Origin: Marsupella aquatica
Lineage: Eukaryota; Plantae; Marchantiophyta
Direction: 5' to 3'
Assembly (NCBI GenBank): GCA_973895155.1
Contig: OZ316899.1
Coordinates: forward strand, 15,403,974 to 15,467,973
DNA: 64,000 bases
In this document: piece after piece, positions 1 to 11,224 of the stretch
Position numbering within the stretch: the first letter of the stretch is position 1
Layout: every line of letters starts with the position of its first letter
Position numbers and translations under genes: made by a program
The notes under the pieces: generated by a model
What the model was told of the DNA's origin: nothing
Databases searched by the model: none
Seen by the model: only the letters and a program-made list of their open reading frames with translations

Positions 1-735
1 CCTGTAAGTTTTGGCGCACGCTATGGTAGCTTGAATTGAAATTGGGTTATTCTGGCGCACCCAAAACTGCATATTTGTGGGCAAACCGTGGAGGAACCAC
101 GTAAGCTGGAGCGCATCACCTGGCCTGGGCCGGATCTTGGCGACGATCTTTTGAAACTTCTGAATAAAATTTTGCAAGGACTCCTTCTTTCCCATGCAAA
201 GCTGGCCAATCTTTAATAAGGAACGCTGCTCTGATCCAATGGCACAAAACTCTTGTAGCAATGCAGCTTGGAATTGTGCCCATGTAGTCCCAGGTGGCAA
301 CGAGTTGTACCATGGGCGAGCTTCTCCCCGCATCACTCCAGGGAGGATGGTTAGCTTAATGGCATCTTCCCTATTGGCCTTAGCAGTGGCTTCAAACTCA
401 TCCAACCATTCATCCGGATCGTCCCCATGACCCTTTGAAAGGTCGATAATGAAACCGTGACCGTTGTGATATTTGTGGGAGAGCTTGGGCAGCGCGGACC
501 ATAGCCGGAGGGGATGCTGCCATAGGTACCGGTGGCAGTGGTGGTGTTGGCCGTGGTGCAGTAGGGATTGGAGCAGGACCGGCTGGGCCGGACCCCAAAG
601 GTCCCAGTGGTATGTTCATCCGTCGAGGCGATTGCAAATCCTCTGAGCTTGAAGATTTGGAGCTTGTTGTGGTTGCACTCTCTTGTTCGCTGGTCAATAT
701 CCTCAAGTAAGCCGCTTGAGAATGAGTGATGGGCT
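1..735 (-). pseudogene. gag: Gag of Ty3/gypsy family A (copy A1), frameshifted, runs off the window
   Basis: Near-identical to Gag at 26698 (TSSKSSSSEDLQSPRRMNIP...RFHYRPFKG). The start ATG appears mutated to AAG. Confidence 0.9.
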
Positions 736-834
736 TCTACTCATATAAATGCGATGGTTGGTAACCAACTTGGGCTTGGTGTACTTTGCCCAGGTGCATC
801 CGCACATGTCTCCCCTCTACTACACGTAGAGTGC

Positions 835-852
835 CCCCTCCATCTAGCACCA
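835..852 (-). promoter_or_regulatory. Primer-binding site of A1 (tRNA-Asn-like)
   Basis: Minus strand reads TGGTGCTAGATGGAGGGG just inside the LTR end, matching the PBS at 26582. Confidence 0.75.
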
Positions 853-864
853 AAACAAAGGCTA

Positions 865-3800
865 TGTCACGTCGTCAGCCTAGGCCTTAACCCGGCCTTC
901 GGCTTAGACAGGCACATCCTTCAAAAATATGAGGGTTTGGGCAGGGAGGGAAGCACGGAATGCACCTAACTCACGTAAACTAGCGCTAAGTGCGTGTACT
1001 GTTACTTACGGACACCTCCTAGGAATGGTTTGTGTTCCGCCACCGGAACGTACCTTAGTTGATAGCGGGATCGACCCCGGCTTACAGGCTTCTAAGCCTT
1101 CGTGTTGTTCGCCTTTGATCCGGATTTGATGATACGGTCACTCAACCCGTGCTCGCAACCACTAACCCGCAAGTTGCACCCCATGCACGGCTCGGGTAGT
1201 GCGTTTGGCCAAACATTGGCACCCATACACGAGATTCACACATATACACACACACACAAGCATACAATCTCGATTTACACGAAGGAAATAATGGGAAAGG
1301 ATTTTACTACATAGGGGACATACATGTACACTTAGTTGACCCAAAAGCTCTTGAATGAACAGGTCCAAGGCCGAGGGTGTACACTACAATAGAGCCCGGC
1401 TCCGCACTTGCCCAACAAGCTTAGTCCTACCCCCTCCCCTTGGTACTCTTTCACTCATAGAGGTCGGGACTCCCCGCACATACCGCGGATGTCCAACTCT
1501 GAGACTAAAACCCCCCCTTGCCTCTACCGAGGGGTGCACTAAATACTAAGGGCTGAGGACCAAAGTGGCCTCAAGCCCAAATATTCACTAACTAAGATCC
1601 TAACTAAGCTGGCTGTCAGGCCGGAAAACGGCTTGTCCTATTAGAAGATTCTAATCTACGCAGGCTAGACAGTATGGCAGCGCCGCTTTAACTAGGGCAA
1701 GCGCTTGTCCCTATAGCCCGATTTAGCTACTCCTAACTCTATTTTAATCCTACTCTGTTGCTAATGCCTGGCACGCTTGCCAGAGCTGTCCAAGTGGGAG
1801 TGGCTATCCTGTTGCCTCCTAAGCCTGTCGGCATCTTGCTTGAGTAGCTGGACCTGATCCAACAGAGATTTGTTCTCTTGCTTTGCCGCGTCCGTCTCCT
1901 CCGCAGTCTCCTGGCATGCCTCCTCCAGCTGTTGGACGTCGCTTGTTAGCTTATCCACCAACTAGGCCTACTTTGTGGCTTCTCCTTGAAGCAGCGCCAC
2001 CTTTGTCTTCAGGGTGTCAATCTCGGCTATGTCTCGTTGAGACCAAGAGTCAGCTTCCTCCAGACCCTTCTGCCAAATGATGGCTTGTCCCTTCAAACCG
2101 TCAATCTTGGTCCAGAGCCGTGCGATCTTGGCATCCTTTCCGAGCCTGGCCTGCTCTGCTAAGGCTGCTCGGGCCCTGGCCTCGGCAACCTGATCCTCCG
2201 TGGCCGTTACCTGAGGTCGCAGTCATTGGAGTTAGTCTCCAGGGATGCCACTTTGTCCTTCAGGTAGGCAGACTCAACCCGGTATCGCTCTATTCTCTGC
2301 GTTGTCTCAGCCTGCACATGTCCTGCCTTTACAGCCGCAACCAACTCCTGATTGAAGAAGTAGGCCACCTTCCATGCCATGTATTCCCCGGTATCCCTTG
2401 CGATTTGTTGAGAGAAATCTCCCAACAACCCGTTCAAAAAAGTGCCCGGCGCAAAGAGTTCTAGGTGGTCCAGACTATGCCCATCTGGATTTGGGCACGG
2501 GCAGACCCCAGCCCGCGCGGGAGTAGGAGTGGAAACATCCAGCCCTTGAGGTAAGTTGATCAAAGGGGCTGGTTCCACTGGGCGGTTCTCCTGCACAGCC
2601 ATGGGGGGTGGCGGGATCTCCTTGTCCACCGTAGTATTGGGTTTGGGTCTGGCCTCAACTGGCCCGGCTTTGAGTGCATTGACCCAGTTGATCGCTTCCA
2701 AGGTTGCGATAACTGTGTCCACGGGTACGCTTTGCGGGGCGGTAGCGGTTGGTGGCGGGGTTGGGGAAGCAGGTCTTGCGACAGCTAGGTTTCAGGCCTC
2801 GGGCTGCGGTCGCCTCTCCTGAGCCGGGAACACCCACTTTGATGGGGTCAGCTCGGGCTTGTTGATGTGTGGGAGGCTACGGCGGTCAAACGGGCGTACC
2901 ACTTGATGATGATCTCAATGTGGCTTGCAAACTACGCCTTTCCGCCAAGGTATAAGGTCTTCCTTCTCCGCTCCATCTCCTCGTGGAATTTCTTGACAAA
3001 GAAGGACGCCCACTTCCTAGGCCAAAAGTTCTCTACTTGTATGACTTGGGCGGTGGATATTTTGCCCCGTGGTTCCATCATGTGGAGGGCATACCGCTGG
3101 AACTCCAGGCATTTTGCTACCTCCGGGATGAGGCACGTCCTCATCAAGAATCCATTGTCCACTGCTCCCTCGGTCATGAAGCTAGAGGACTGGTATTTAG
3201 CTCCCTTGCCCCCAGGAGCCCGCGACTCTACCCGGTTTATCCCCTTGGGTAGGCCAAAATCATCTTCAAACGTGTCTCATTGAGACACATCACTCTCTCG
3301 TGCGCTCGGGTTTGTTGGCGGGCCTCGTCAAAGTTCTGAATGAACTCCGTCATATCCTGCCCGTAGTACCTGCTTCCATTCCAAGGGAGAGAGGCAAGGT
3401 GCTCAAACCCTTGGGTCTTCAGGTAGCATGCATGCTTGGGGTGGAGGATGTTCTTGTGAAAATTCTCCCCCATGCAATGCATGGTCAGCTTGGCCACCGC
3501 AATCATGGCTAACGGCAACTCGGATACGGCTGGAGGTTCTTCCTCTTCCTTCCCCGGGGTGACTTGTAGAGGGAGAAAATTCCCCATCCTCCCTATCGGG
3601 TGGCGGTAGCGCTACCGCCGTGAGTATCGATGCAAGGGCTGCTACAGTCACCATGTTGTCTCCTTGTGCTTGTGGGAGTGGCACCGGGTTGACTGGCGCA
3701 TGCTGATTTGTACCCCGAGGCCGCCGGTTCAGGGGGGATGGGCCTCCTTGTCTTCGGAACTAATGTTCACCGCATTCACCATGGATTGTACTCGGAGAGG

Positions 3801-4803
3801 TGGTGCAACCGGTGGTGGAGATCGGCTTGGCTGAGGCCGAGGTGGTGTTGGCCCGGACACGGATGGGTGGGCACCAGTTGCAGCTGGGGGAGGCGCCATT
3901 AGATTCAGGAAGTCCCTGGGGAAGTCAAGTGACGTTAAGATAGGAGTCTCGCTTGTTCGGGCTAGGCCAAACTGACTATCTATGGAGGCTTGAACCTGGG
4001 CGGGGATATGGTCGTAGTGGTGCGGCTGCAAGTCTATCGTGCCCAAGAGATGGTAAACCTTGTGTGGAAGCCAAAGAAGTGCTTCCCGGAACCCAACGTA
4101 CTCCTTGTCGACAAAGAAGTACTCGCTGATTTTTTCAACTCGGCAAAGCTCACTCTGAAACGGGAGGTCAAAGTTTCCGCTATAGTGATTACAGCCGGCT
4201 AAGCGAATGGCTCTCTCGTAAGCTTGCTCGGTCTCATATCGGCGCGGGTTGACTTTGGCTAAGGACTTGGCTAAGTGACTCCCTACGGATAGAATTGCAG
4301 CCAAAATCAAAGGGCCGAACTGGACAATATTGTGATAGACATCCAGGAGTGGTGGTGGGCGACTAAGGAGGGACGGAGTGGCTGAGATCAAAGCTGGCGC
4401 ACGGAATGGAGTGTGAGTGTAATACAAGAGAATGGCCCCCCTTTTATACTCTGAGGGCTCATCGTTCAATTGGCCCCTCCTCCCTTCCTATAGGCCGAGC
4501 TTTTCATGCTCACAATGTACTGGTCATTCGCGGGTCCGGTTCAAAGCGTGTTAGCAGCCGCCTCCGAGAATTTGTTATACGGACCCGAAGTGTCCCCTTA
4601 CACACTTGTAACCCGGGAGTACGAATGGCGCTCCACCGCCATCCCAAACGTAAATGCCCCTTATGAACTAATGATTCCGTAGTCATAAGTACTACCTACT
4701 TAGTATCATTATGCTAATAACTACGGCCTACGGTGCCCCTAATGGGCGTGCTAAGCACGGCTAGGCCGAATCAATCATTAACCGCCGTGCTGGCAGCGTC
4801 ACA
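865..4803 (-). mobile_element. 5' LTR of family A (copy A1, about 3.94 kb)
   Basis: Minus-strand termini TGTGACGC...CGTGACA, followed by PBS and gag. The outer end cuts into an unrelated RT sequence at 4804. Confidence 0.9.
1761..4342 (-). pseudogene. LTR-encoded accessory ORF (copy A1): plant transposon-protein-like domain plus C-terminal coiled coil
   Basis: ORF-track fragments 3729-4469, 3403-3684, 3237-3587, 2932-3177, 2207-2722 and 1761-1961 are colinear with the other three copies, from MSITILSSSA to SGKRARH*. Confidence 0.85.
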
Positions 4804-5897
4804 CACTGTGATGCCAGCAAAGAAGGATATGCATGGCAATTGGACTAACAGGAGGATGTGTGGAGACTATCATCCAATTAATTGGCAGACTAAGTCTGAC
4901 AGGTATGCGATGCAAGAGTGTTTAGCACATTGGATCTCAGGGCTGGCTATCACCAGCTACCTATCAGGATTGGTGATAGGCAGAAGATAGCATTCTGGGG
5001 GATTGATGCTCATGGGAAGGATGTGTTGTATCAGTGGCTATTCTTACCATTTGGATTGAAGAATGCGCCAACTGAGTTTCAGAGGGTCATGGATCGGATT
5101 TTGGCAAACTTGGATTTTGCCAAATGCTATATCGATGACATTATTGTCTATAGTGACACTATGGAGGAGCATGTTGTACATTTACAATAGGTGTTTGAGT
5201 GGCTGATAGAGCATGGATTGAAGCTGCATCCTGACAAATGTAATTAAGTTCTTCCATGACCAGATTGCATATTTAGGGCATATTATTTATCCAGGTGGAT
5301 TGGGTGTACAGTAGACAAAGGTGGAGGCAATTGCCTGGCATCCCTTAGCCTACAGATGTGAGTAGAGTTTGAGCATTTTTGGGGCTTGCAAACTTCTACC
5401 GAAGGTATGTGAAAGGATTCAATGCAACTGCAAAACCTTTGACGTTACTTATGAGATTGGACCATGAGTGGCAGTGGGGTGTTGACCAGGATAGAGCTTT
5501 CCATCAGTTGAAGGAGAAGCTCACATCAACGCCCATCTTGAGGAGACCTATCAGGGGGCTCCCTATCATAGTAGATGTCACTGCCATACGTACTATTCTA
5601 CAAGTGCAAAAGGTTTTGCCATCAGGCATTCTGGTTTTAGAAGGTCGTGATGGTATGGTTTGGAAGGATCATGTGCACAACTGTGCACCTTGTCACCTTC
5701 CAAACATTGATGATAGCATAGATCCTAGTCTAGCAGTAATACTTGCAGGCTTACGGTGTATGTTGTCTGGATCTGCCCATGGAGCTACAACCATGTTGAT
5801 TTGTGATGGTTGCTCAAGAGGTTGGCACTTAGCGTGTTTGACGCCACCTCTTGATTCAGTCCCTGAAGGACGGTGGTTGTGTCCCAATTGTAGATAG
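4804..5897 (+). pseudogene. pol: Ty3/gypsy pol fragment: RT, start of RNase H, internal deletion, then integrase C-terminus with PHD finger
   Basis: RMCGDY, LDLRAGYHQ, LPFGLKNAP, YIDDIIVYS, then MLICDGCSRGWHLACLTPPLDSVPEGRWLCPNC. Several in-frame stops. Confidence 0.9.
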
Positions 5898-5940
5898 AGA
5901 GTGGCTTTAGTTAGCATAAAACTCATTAGGCAGTATAGAT

Positions 5941-6702
5941 TGTAGGCAGGCGATTAACAATGGGGCTCCTTTGCACCCGGCTCTTGATTTGTGCACCCAA
6001 AAGGTGTATACTTCCTTTTAGTTTTTGGGCTAGCGGTAGTTAGCGGGACCTAACCACCAGCTAGGAGGCGGTTATGGATTTTGGCGTACATGTATTGTGT
6101 GTCGTGTGATTATCTTTTTTCTTGTTTACATGGTATGCCGCAATGTGAGTTGTGTATGGATGTGTGTCCGCACGACAGCTGTCACCCCATGTTGCATTTG
6201 AGTTGAAACTTTGTTGGTTGCACATGTGTTATGAGTTTGGAAGGGTGACCTGGTATAGCAGGTCACCTGGTAGGGGTGACCTCTTCAACCAGGTTACCAT
6301 GCCTTTGTGCCATGGGGGTATACCTTGGAGAATGAGGGATTAGCTCCTCATTCTTCCAAGTTGAGCCTCCCGGCACTAGTAGAGCTCATGTGAGTGTGGC
6401 TATGGTGAGAGAGAGTGTATGCCGGTTGGCATGTAGAGCAACATTGGCAGAGTTTTGCTATGTGTATAGACTTGGAGTCCCGCATGGCTAGTGGGTTGAG
6501 TTTGGCTTGACTTAGTGACACCTTGCAGCGGGGTCCCGTTTTGCAAGAGATTGTTATGGATTTTGGCGTACATGTGTTGTGTGTTGTGTGGTTATCTTTT
6601 TTCTTGTTTACATGGTGTGCCGCAATGTGAGTTGTGTATGGATGTGTGTCCCACAACAACCAACTTTGGGCAAGGGTCATACCCTTGGTAGCCGCTTCCA
6701 CA
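5941..6702 (+). mobile_element. Probable 3' LTR of the PHD-bearing Ty3 element
   Basis: Follows the pol stop, starts TGTAGGCAGGCG and ends GCCGCTTCCACA at a junction with unrelated integrase. Contains a direct repeat of about 105 bp (about 6070-6177 and 6553-6657). No second LTR copy to confirm the boundaries. Confidence 0.45.
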
Positions 6703-6703
6703 A

Positions 6704-7421
6704 CTAGGTGCCGCTCTCAAATAAAATTGTCCGCAGAAGGAACCTTGCTTTCGTCCGCCAAGCTTCCGGATTTATGAACCAGGAGGGCGCCCTTGGCATC
6801 CTCCCGGTGGCCAACACAAACGGTGCAAACCCCATCGCCGAATGCTTGGTCGAGTTATACCTAAACTTGACCATTGTTAAGTGCTTTGCCCAATCCTTTT
6901 GATTGGCTGTCACAAAGTGAAGCGCAAGTGGTCTTCCACGATACCATTCACCCGTTCCGTTTGGCCATCTATCTCATGATGATACGCTGATCCCCTAGTA
7001 AGGTCCGTTCCGGATAACCGGAACAACGCCTTCCAGAAATGGCCCGTGAACTTGGTATCACGGTCGGGGATATGCAACGACAATCCCCATTGTTGGAAGA
7101 CATTGTCAAACACTAGACTGGCAACCTCTCGGGCTGAAACCATTTTCATAGTCGACAAGAAATATGCCATCTTGGAAAAACAATCCACGATTGTTAAGAT
7201 GGAGTTACTGCCGTGGGACTCAAGTAACCCAACAATGAAGTCCATGGAGATAGACTCCCATGGAGCCGTAGCTATTGGTAAGGGTTGCAGAAGTCCTCCT
7301 TTTGCCCTATAGACCGTTTGGTTCTTTTGGCACGAGTAACAACTTTGCACGTGGCAAAGAACCAATTGCTTCATGTCCGACCAATACACATCTCGCGACA
7401 TGTTGTGATACATAGCAACTT
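6704..7421 (-). pseudogene. Ty3/gypsy (chromovirus/Tf2-like) integrase fragment
   Basis: HVQSCYSCQKNQ...GLLQPLPIATAPWESISMDFIVGL...VDCFSKMAYF...DRDTKFTGHFW...DGQTERVN. Confidence 0.9.
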
Positions 7422-8999
7422 TGTGATGCCTAGCCAGGAATCACTGGGCTGTGTAAAAGGTAAAACCGGGTGGTATACAATAAATCCACTAGTATAAGGA
7501 GGAAAAGACAAGAAAACCATAAACAAGTAAGGGTATACATGGAACCCAAGCCAAGGCCGGGAGAAAGAGGCGTAATAGCCACTAAGGGTCGCGATTAGGT
7601 TTAGGGCACGTTAATGCTGGCGGCTACCGGTAATCAATACACGAGACAAGCAGCATAGGCCGGAGGGGGGTAAGGGAGGTTCACCCAAGAGTGGCGGCTC
7701 ACATTTGCACCTCAATCAAGAAAAGTGCAAGCAGAAGCCAATGACTGTCAGCTGCAAAGGAGAACATAGGGGCATAAGCAGCTACCGAGCAACGATAGAG
7801 GAGGGAATGAGCAACATCAATCAAGCGACACATTTTTGGGGTTGCTTGTTTGAACGGGCAAGTGAGTACATTGGGACCTACAAAGAGGAAGAGTCAGAAA
7901 GAGCATTTGGGAAACAATAGGAGCTTGCTAGGCTATGGGAATTGTAGAGGTTGGCCTTCTTAGGAGGAGAGTTCATCAAGGCTGAATTCTTGTGGACACC
8001 TACTGCCGATGAGCTCGACGATCTTTTGATTCAAGACAACAGAATTTTTGGCATCCGGCAAGCCATCAACAACTGCAACAACAAACATTAGGACCTGAAA
8101 GGTTGCACGGAGGCGTGGACAAAAGCAACAGTGTTGGGAGAATTGTCAAGAGCGGCCGAAATGAAGAGAAAGATGGCCAACAACAAAAAAAACACACCGG
8201 CCAAGAGGACGAGGTTGGTAGTATCAAGAAGGCTGGCCAAACAAGGGAGCCAAAGAGAGGAGGGAGCCAAGGAACTAGAAGTCAACCCGATCAATGCCTT
8301 CCCTACCAGAGATGACACATGGAAGGGTTGGGCGATGATAATACCGCCAACAATGCAGCTACATTTTGCACAAGATGAGGATGCATGCTTCACATCCATG
8401 CAAACCAAAAAGTATCAAGGTTTCATGGTTGCATCGGGCTTAGAGACCTTTATTAGATTGCCGCGGCTAAAGCTGGAGGTGCCAAACTCAAACTTGCTGG
8501 AATTCGTGGGATTGTGGGACCACAACTCCAACTCAACCAAGATCTATGGGAGAGACTTCTATCTCACTCCCAATGTGATTGCCGAAGTATTTGGCTTGCC
8601 GATGGGCAACAAGGATAAGGTAGAAACTCAAAAGAACTTGTTGGACAAGGAGTTTAGATCGTTCCCCGTGCCATCAATGAATAATGGCTTCTTCCGCAAC
8701 ACCTGCACCAACCCTCATATTGGAGAAATGATCAATTTCTTGCGGGTGACAATGCATTGCAACTTGCCAAGGCCGGAGATTGGCAAAGCACAGGTTTATC
8801 TAGCAGAGAGGCCAGACCCAAGCCGGGACTACAACGGGTACCTCCTCAACCAACTAAGGAAGATATTGAAGGAGGAACAACAGGTGATTAGCCAAGGGAG
8901 TGTGTCCCGACTTGGTTATCACGTCGTTGTTGTGCCAATATGCCCGGAGTCAAATCTTTGCCCCAATCCTTCCCCTATAGGCAAGAGCGCCAGAAGAGG
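7422..8999 (+). mobile_element. Family D left end (putative LTR 5' part) with accessory ORF, cut by family C insertion
   Basis: Starts TGTGATGCCTAGCCAGGAATCACT, identical to 61579. ORF fragments 7705-7920 and 8131-8999 are homologous to 61862-63453. Confidence 0.75.
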
Positions 9000-10450
9000 A
9001 GTCACGGAACTCGACTACCTTAACACTTAGCTCCGGCGTCGCTGACTCCAACGCCGAGCTCCCTTATGGTCCAGGCCCGGATAGGAGGACTTAGCATGGG
9101 GAGACTTGTGAGCGACAAGACATGGCGCTAGCGAAGGCAAGGAGCCAAGCTAGTGACACCCATTAAGGACTTGGGCTAGCTGAGAGCTGGTCGGGTCAAG
9201 GGGGAATGGGTCAGGCTCAAGGACGACCGTCCGGACCTCCGGATGGACTATGAGTTATGAGGACTTGGGCGTGAGCTCCTCTTGGACCCAAGGCCCATGG
9301 AATTGATGCCATGGGCAACGAACGCTTGGGGTGCAAGTTATGGCCCGATCTGGGTTGGGACGATTGGGGCCCCTGAGCGGAGATGAGACCTGAGGGCCCA
9401 GGCATGAGCACTAGGTCGGCCCGATCACAACGGGCTAAGGCACTCCGCTTGTAGATGCCTAACGCGAAAATTATGGGCGTTGCCAGTTGGTGGCGCGCCC
9501 ATTATGCGCGATAGGATCTGGATTGGGGGCCAAATGTTTAGGGACCACAACTGGTCCGGGGGTGGCAGGTCTTCAAAAGCATATATGAGGGGAGTGGTTT
9601 CTCCCTAGGGGCTACGGGCGAGCCAAAGTCGTGAGCCGCGGCGGTCGCGACACTAAGGGAAACCGCCAAACAGAAACAACAATATCTTCCCAATGGGAAG
9701 TCTATTGGAGAACTTCTTGGATGCGTTGGAAAGCTCTCAAAGATGGGTCTTGGGGTACCATGGGTTCTCGGGGTTTGCGGGTGTTAACTCGCCCGATTGC
9801 CAAATCTTGCCGAACAGCAGCCACGCCGCGTTCAGTCTCCCAAGGGAGCTTGCGTTGGGGAGGCAAGGCCAAGTAGGTGTGGAGGTTGGGTACCAAGAGT
9901 GCCCGGAACCTAGACCGCCAATGAGGAAAATTGGGAGTTGGTTGCTAGAGGCGGGGCCATTCCGGTCCCGGCGTGTTGGGACAAGCTTTAGGACAAGCTA
10001 CGCTATTTGGGCCATGAGCATGTCCTGAGGTCAGGGCGGTCAGTCGGTGATGGATAGGTACGAGGGGGAACTTGGGCTGCGCCCAAGGAAGGAGCTATTC
10101 TGGACAAACAGTGGGCGTGGGTTCTGGTTCCGGCTTATGGCATCGGGAGGACCTATCGCTAACCTATTTACCAACGTCTGTTGAGCTTGAGTTAGGATGC
10201 TAGACTTGGCGAGTTCTAGATCCTGAAGGGTTACTTACCAAGGTGCTTGGTTGCTTGTGCAGACAGTGAGGACTATTGAGTAGTGGTTGTGTAGGTGAGC
10301 AAGTGCAGCTTCGTATGGGAGGGGCCACTGGTGGTGCAAGGGGCACTAGGGTGCTTGCTCGCGGTATTTCGTGGAGGCGTTCAAGCACCAAGGGCACTAA
10401 AGCGTGAGTGCTGGGATTGGTGAGGGCGCTTGGTGGCTAGATCCACCACT
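9000..10450 (+). mobile_element. 5' LTR of chromovirus family C with AGT...ACT termini
   Basis: AGTCACGGAAC...ATCCACCACT, followed by TG and the PBS. Three further copies on the minus strand. Confidence 0.9.
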
Positions 10451-10452
10451 TG

Positions 10453-10464
10453 TGGTATCAGAGC
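10453..10464 (+). promoter_or_regulatory. PBS complementary to the tRNA-iMet 3' end
   Basis: TGGTATCAGAGC, 2 nt after the LTR. Confidence 0.95.
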
Positions 10465-10569
10465 GATTGTTGGCATCGACACCGGGCTGGGGGGCATCAC
10501 CACCGAGACAGGAAATAGGAAAACAGGAAGACGCGACAGCCGAACCATCGACCGCCGCGGCAAACATAT

Positions 10570-11224
10570 CAAGTGCATAGCGCCGTTGACTTAAAGGGAA
10601 GGACGTGGCTGATCCTTCAAAGGACGGGTCGGACAATGACGGCTCCAACGCGGATGGAGGCGACAACAATGCAGAAGCTGAATTGGAGGAAGAGGGTCAG
10701 ACCCAGAGGAGGAACTGATCCTAGCCTTGAGAGGGTTGGATGCAGAACCACAAGATGATGTCAAGCCGAACATCATCGTAGATAATTTGACCAAGGAGAA
10801 ATAGGGCGATGCGGATGATGGTGCTCACAAGACGCGGGGGGTGTCACCAAAATCCACAAGAGAACCTAAAGACAGGCGGCCCGCAAAGGAAAGACGGTTG
10901 GAGGACCGTCCTCATACAACCCGCAAGGGCCCAGCCGCTGACGACGGTTTGGGTCCGTTGAGTCAAGACCAGCGACTCATTTATGAGCAGTTGGAACACA
11001 ACAAGGAGGCCCAGATTTAGTACTTACTTAGTCTGGGTAGTCAGAGTGCGACGCGTCCCGAGGGGGGAATGGTAGTTGGACGGAGTATTTCCAAGTAAAA
11101 CAGCTACAAACTCCTCCAACTTACGACGGGGCCTACGAACAAAGTGGACAAAAGTTCCTCAGTTGGCTCTCCATGATGGAGATTCATCTCCAAGCGTGCA
11201 TTGAGTGTTCCACTTGGGCTACCG
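10570..11224 (+). pseudogene. gag: Family C gag N-terminal fragment, interrupted by family A LTR
   Basis: QDQRLIYEQLEHN...GQKFLSWLSMMEIHLQACIECSTWAT, homologous to 22248-22572 (minus). Confidence 0.75.

Noticed and set aside
5379-5897. Host PHD-finger gene
   Set aside because: It is contiguous with RT/RNase H sequence and followed by an LTR-like segment.
9217-10397. Short ORFs recurring in family C LTR copies
   Set aside because: They recur only because the LTR is repeated. Starts and stops are inconsistent between copies and there is no protein motif, unlike the family A LTR ORF.
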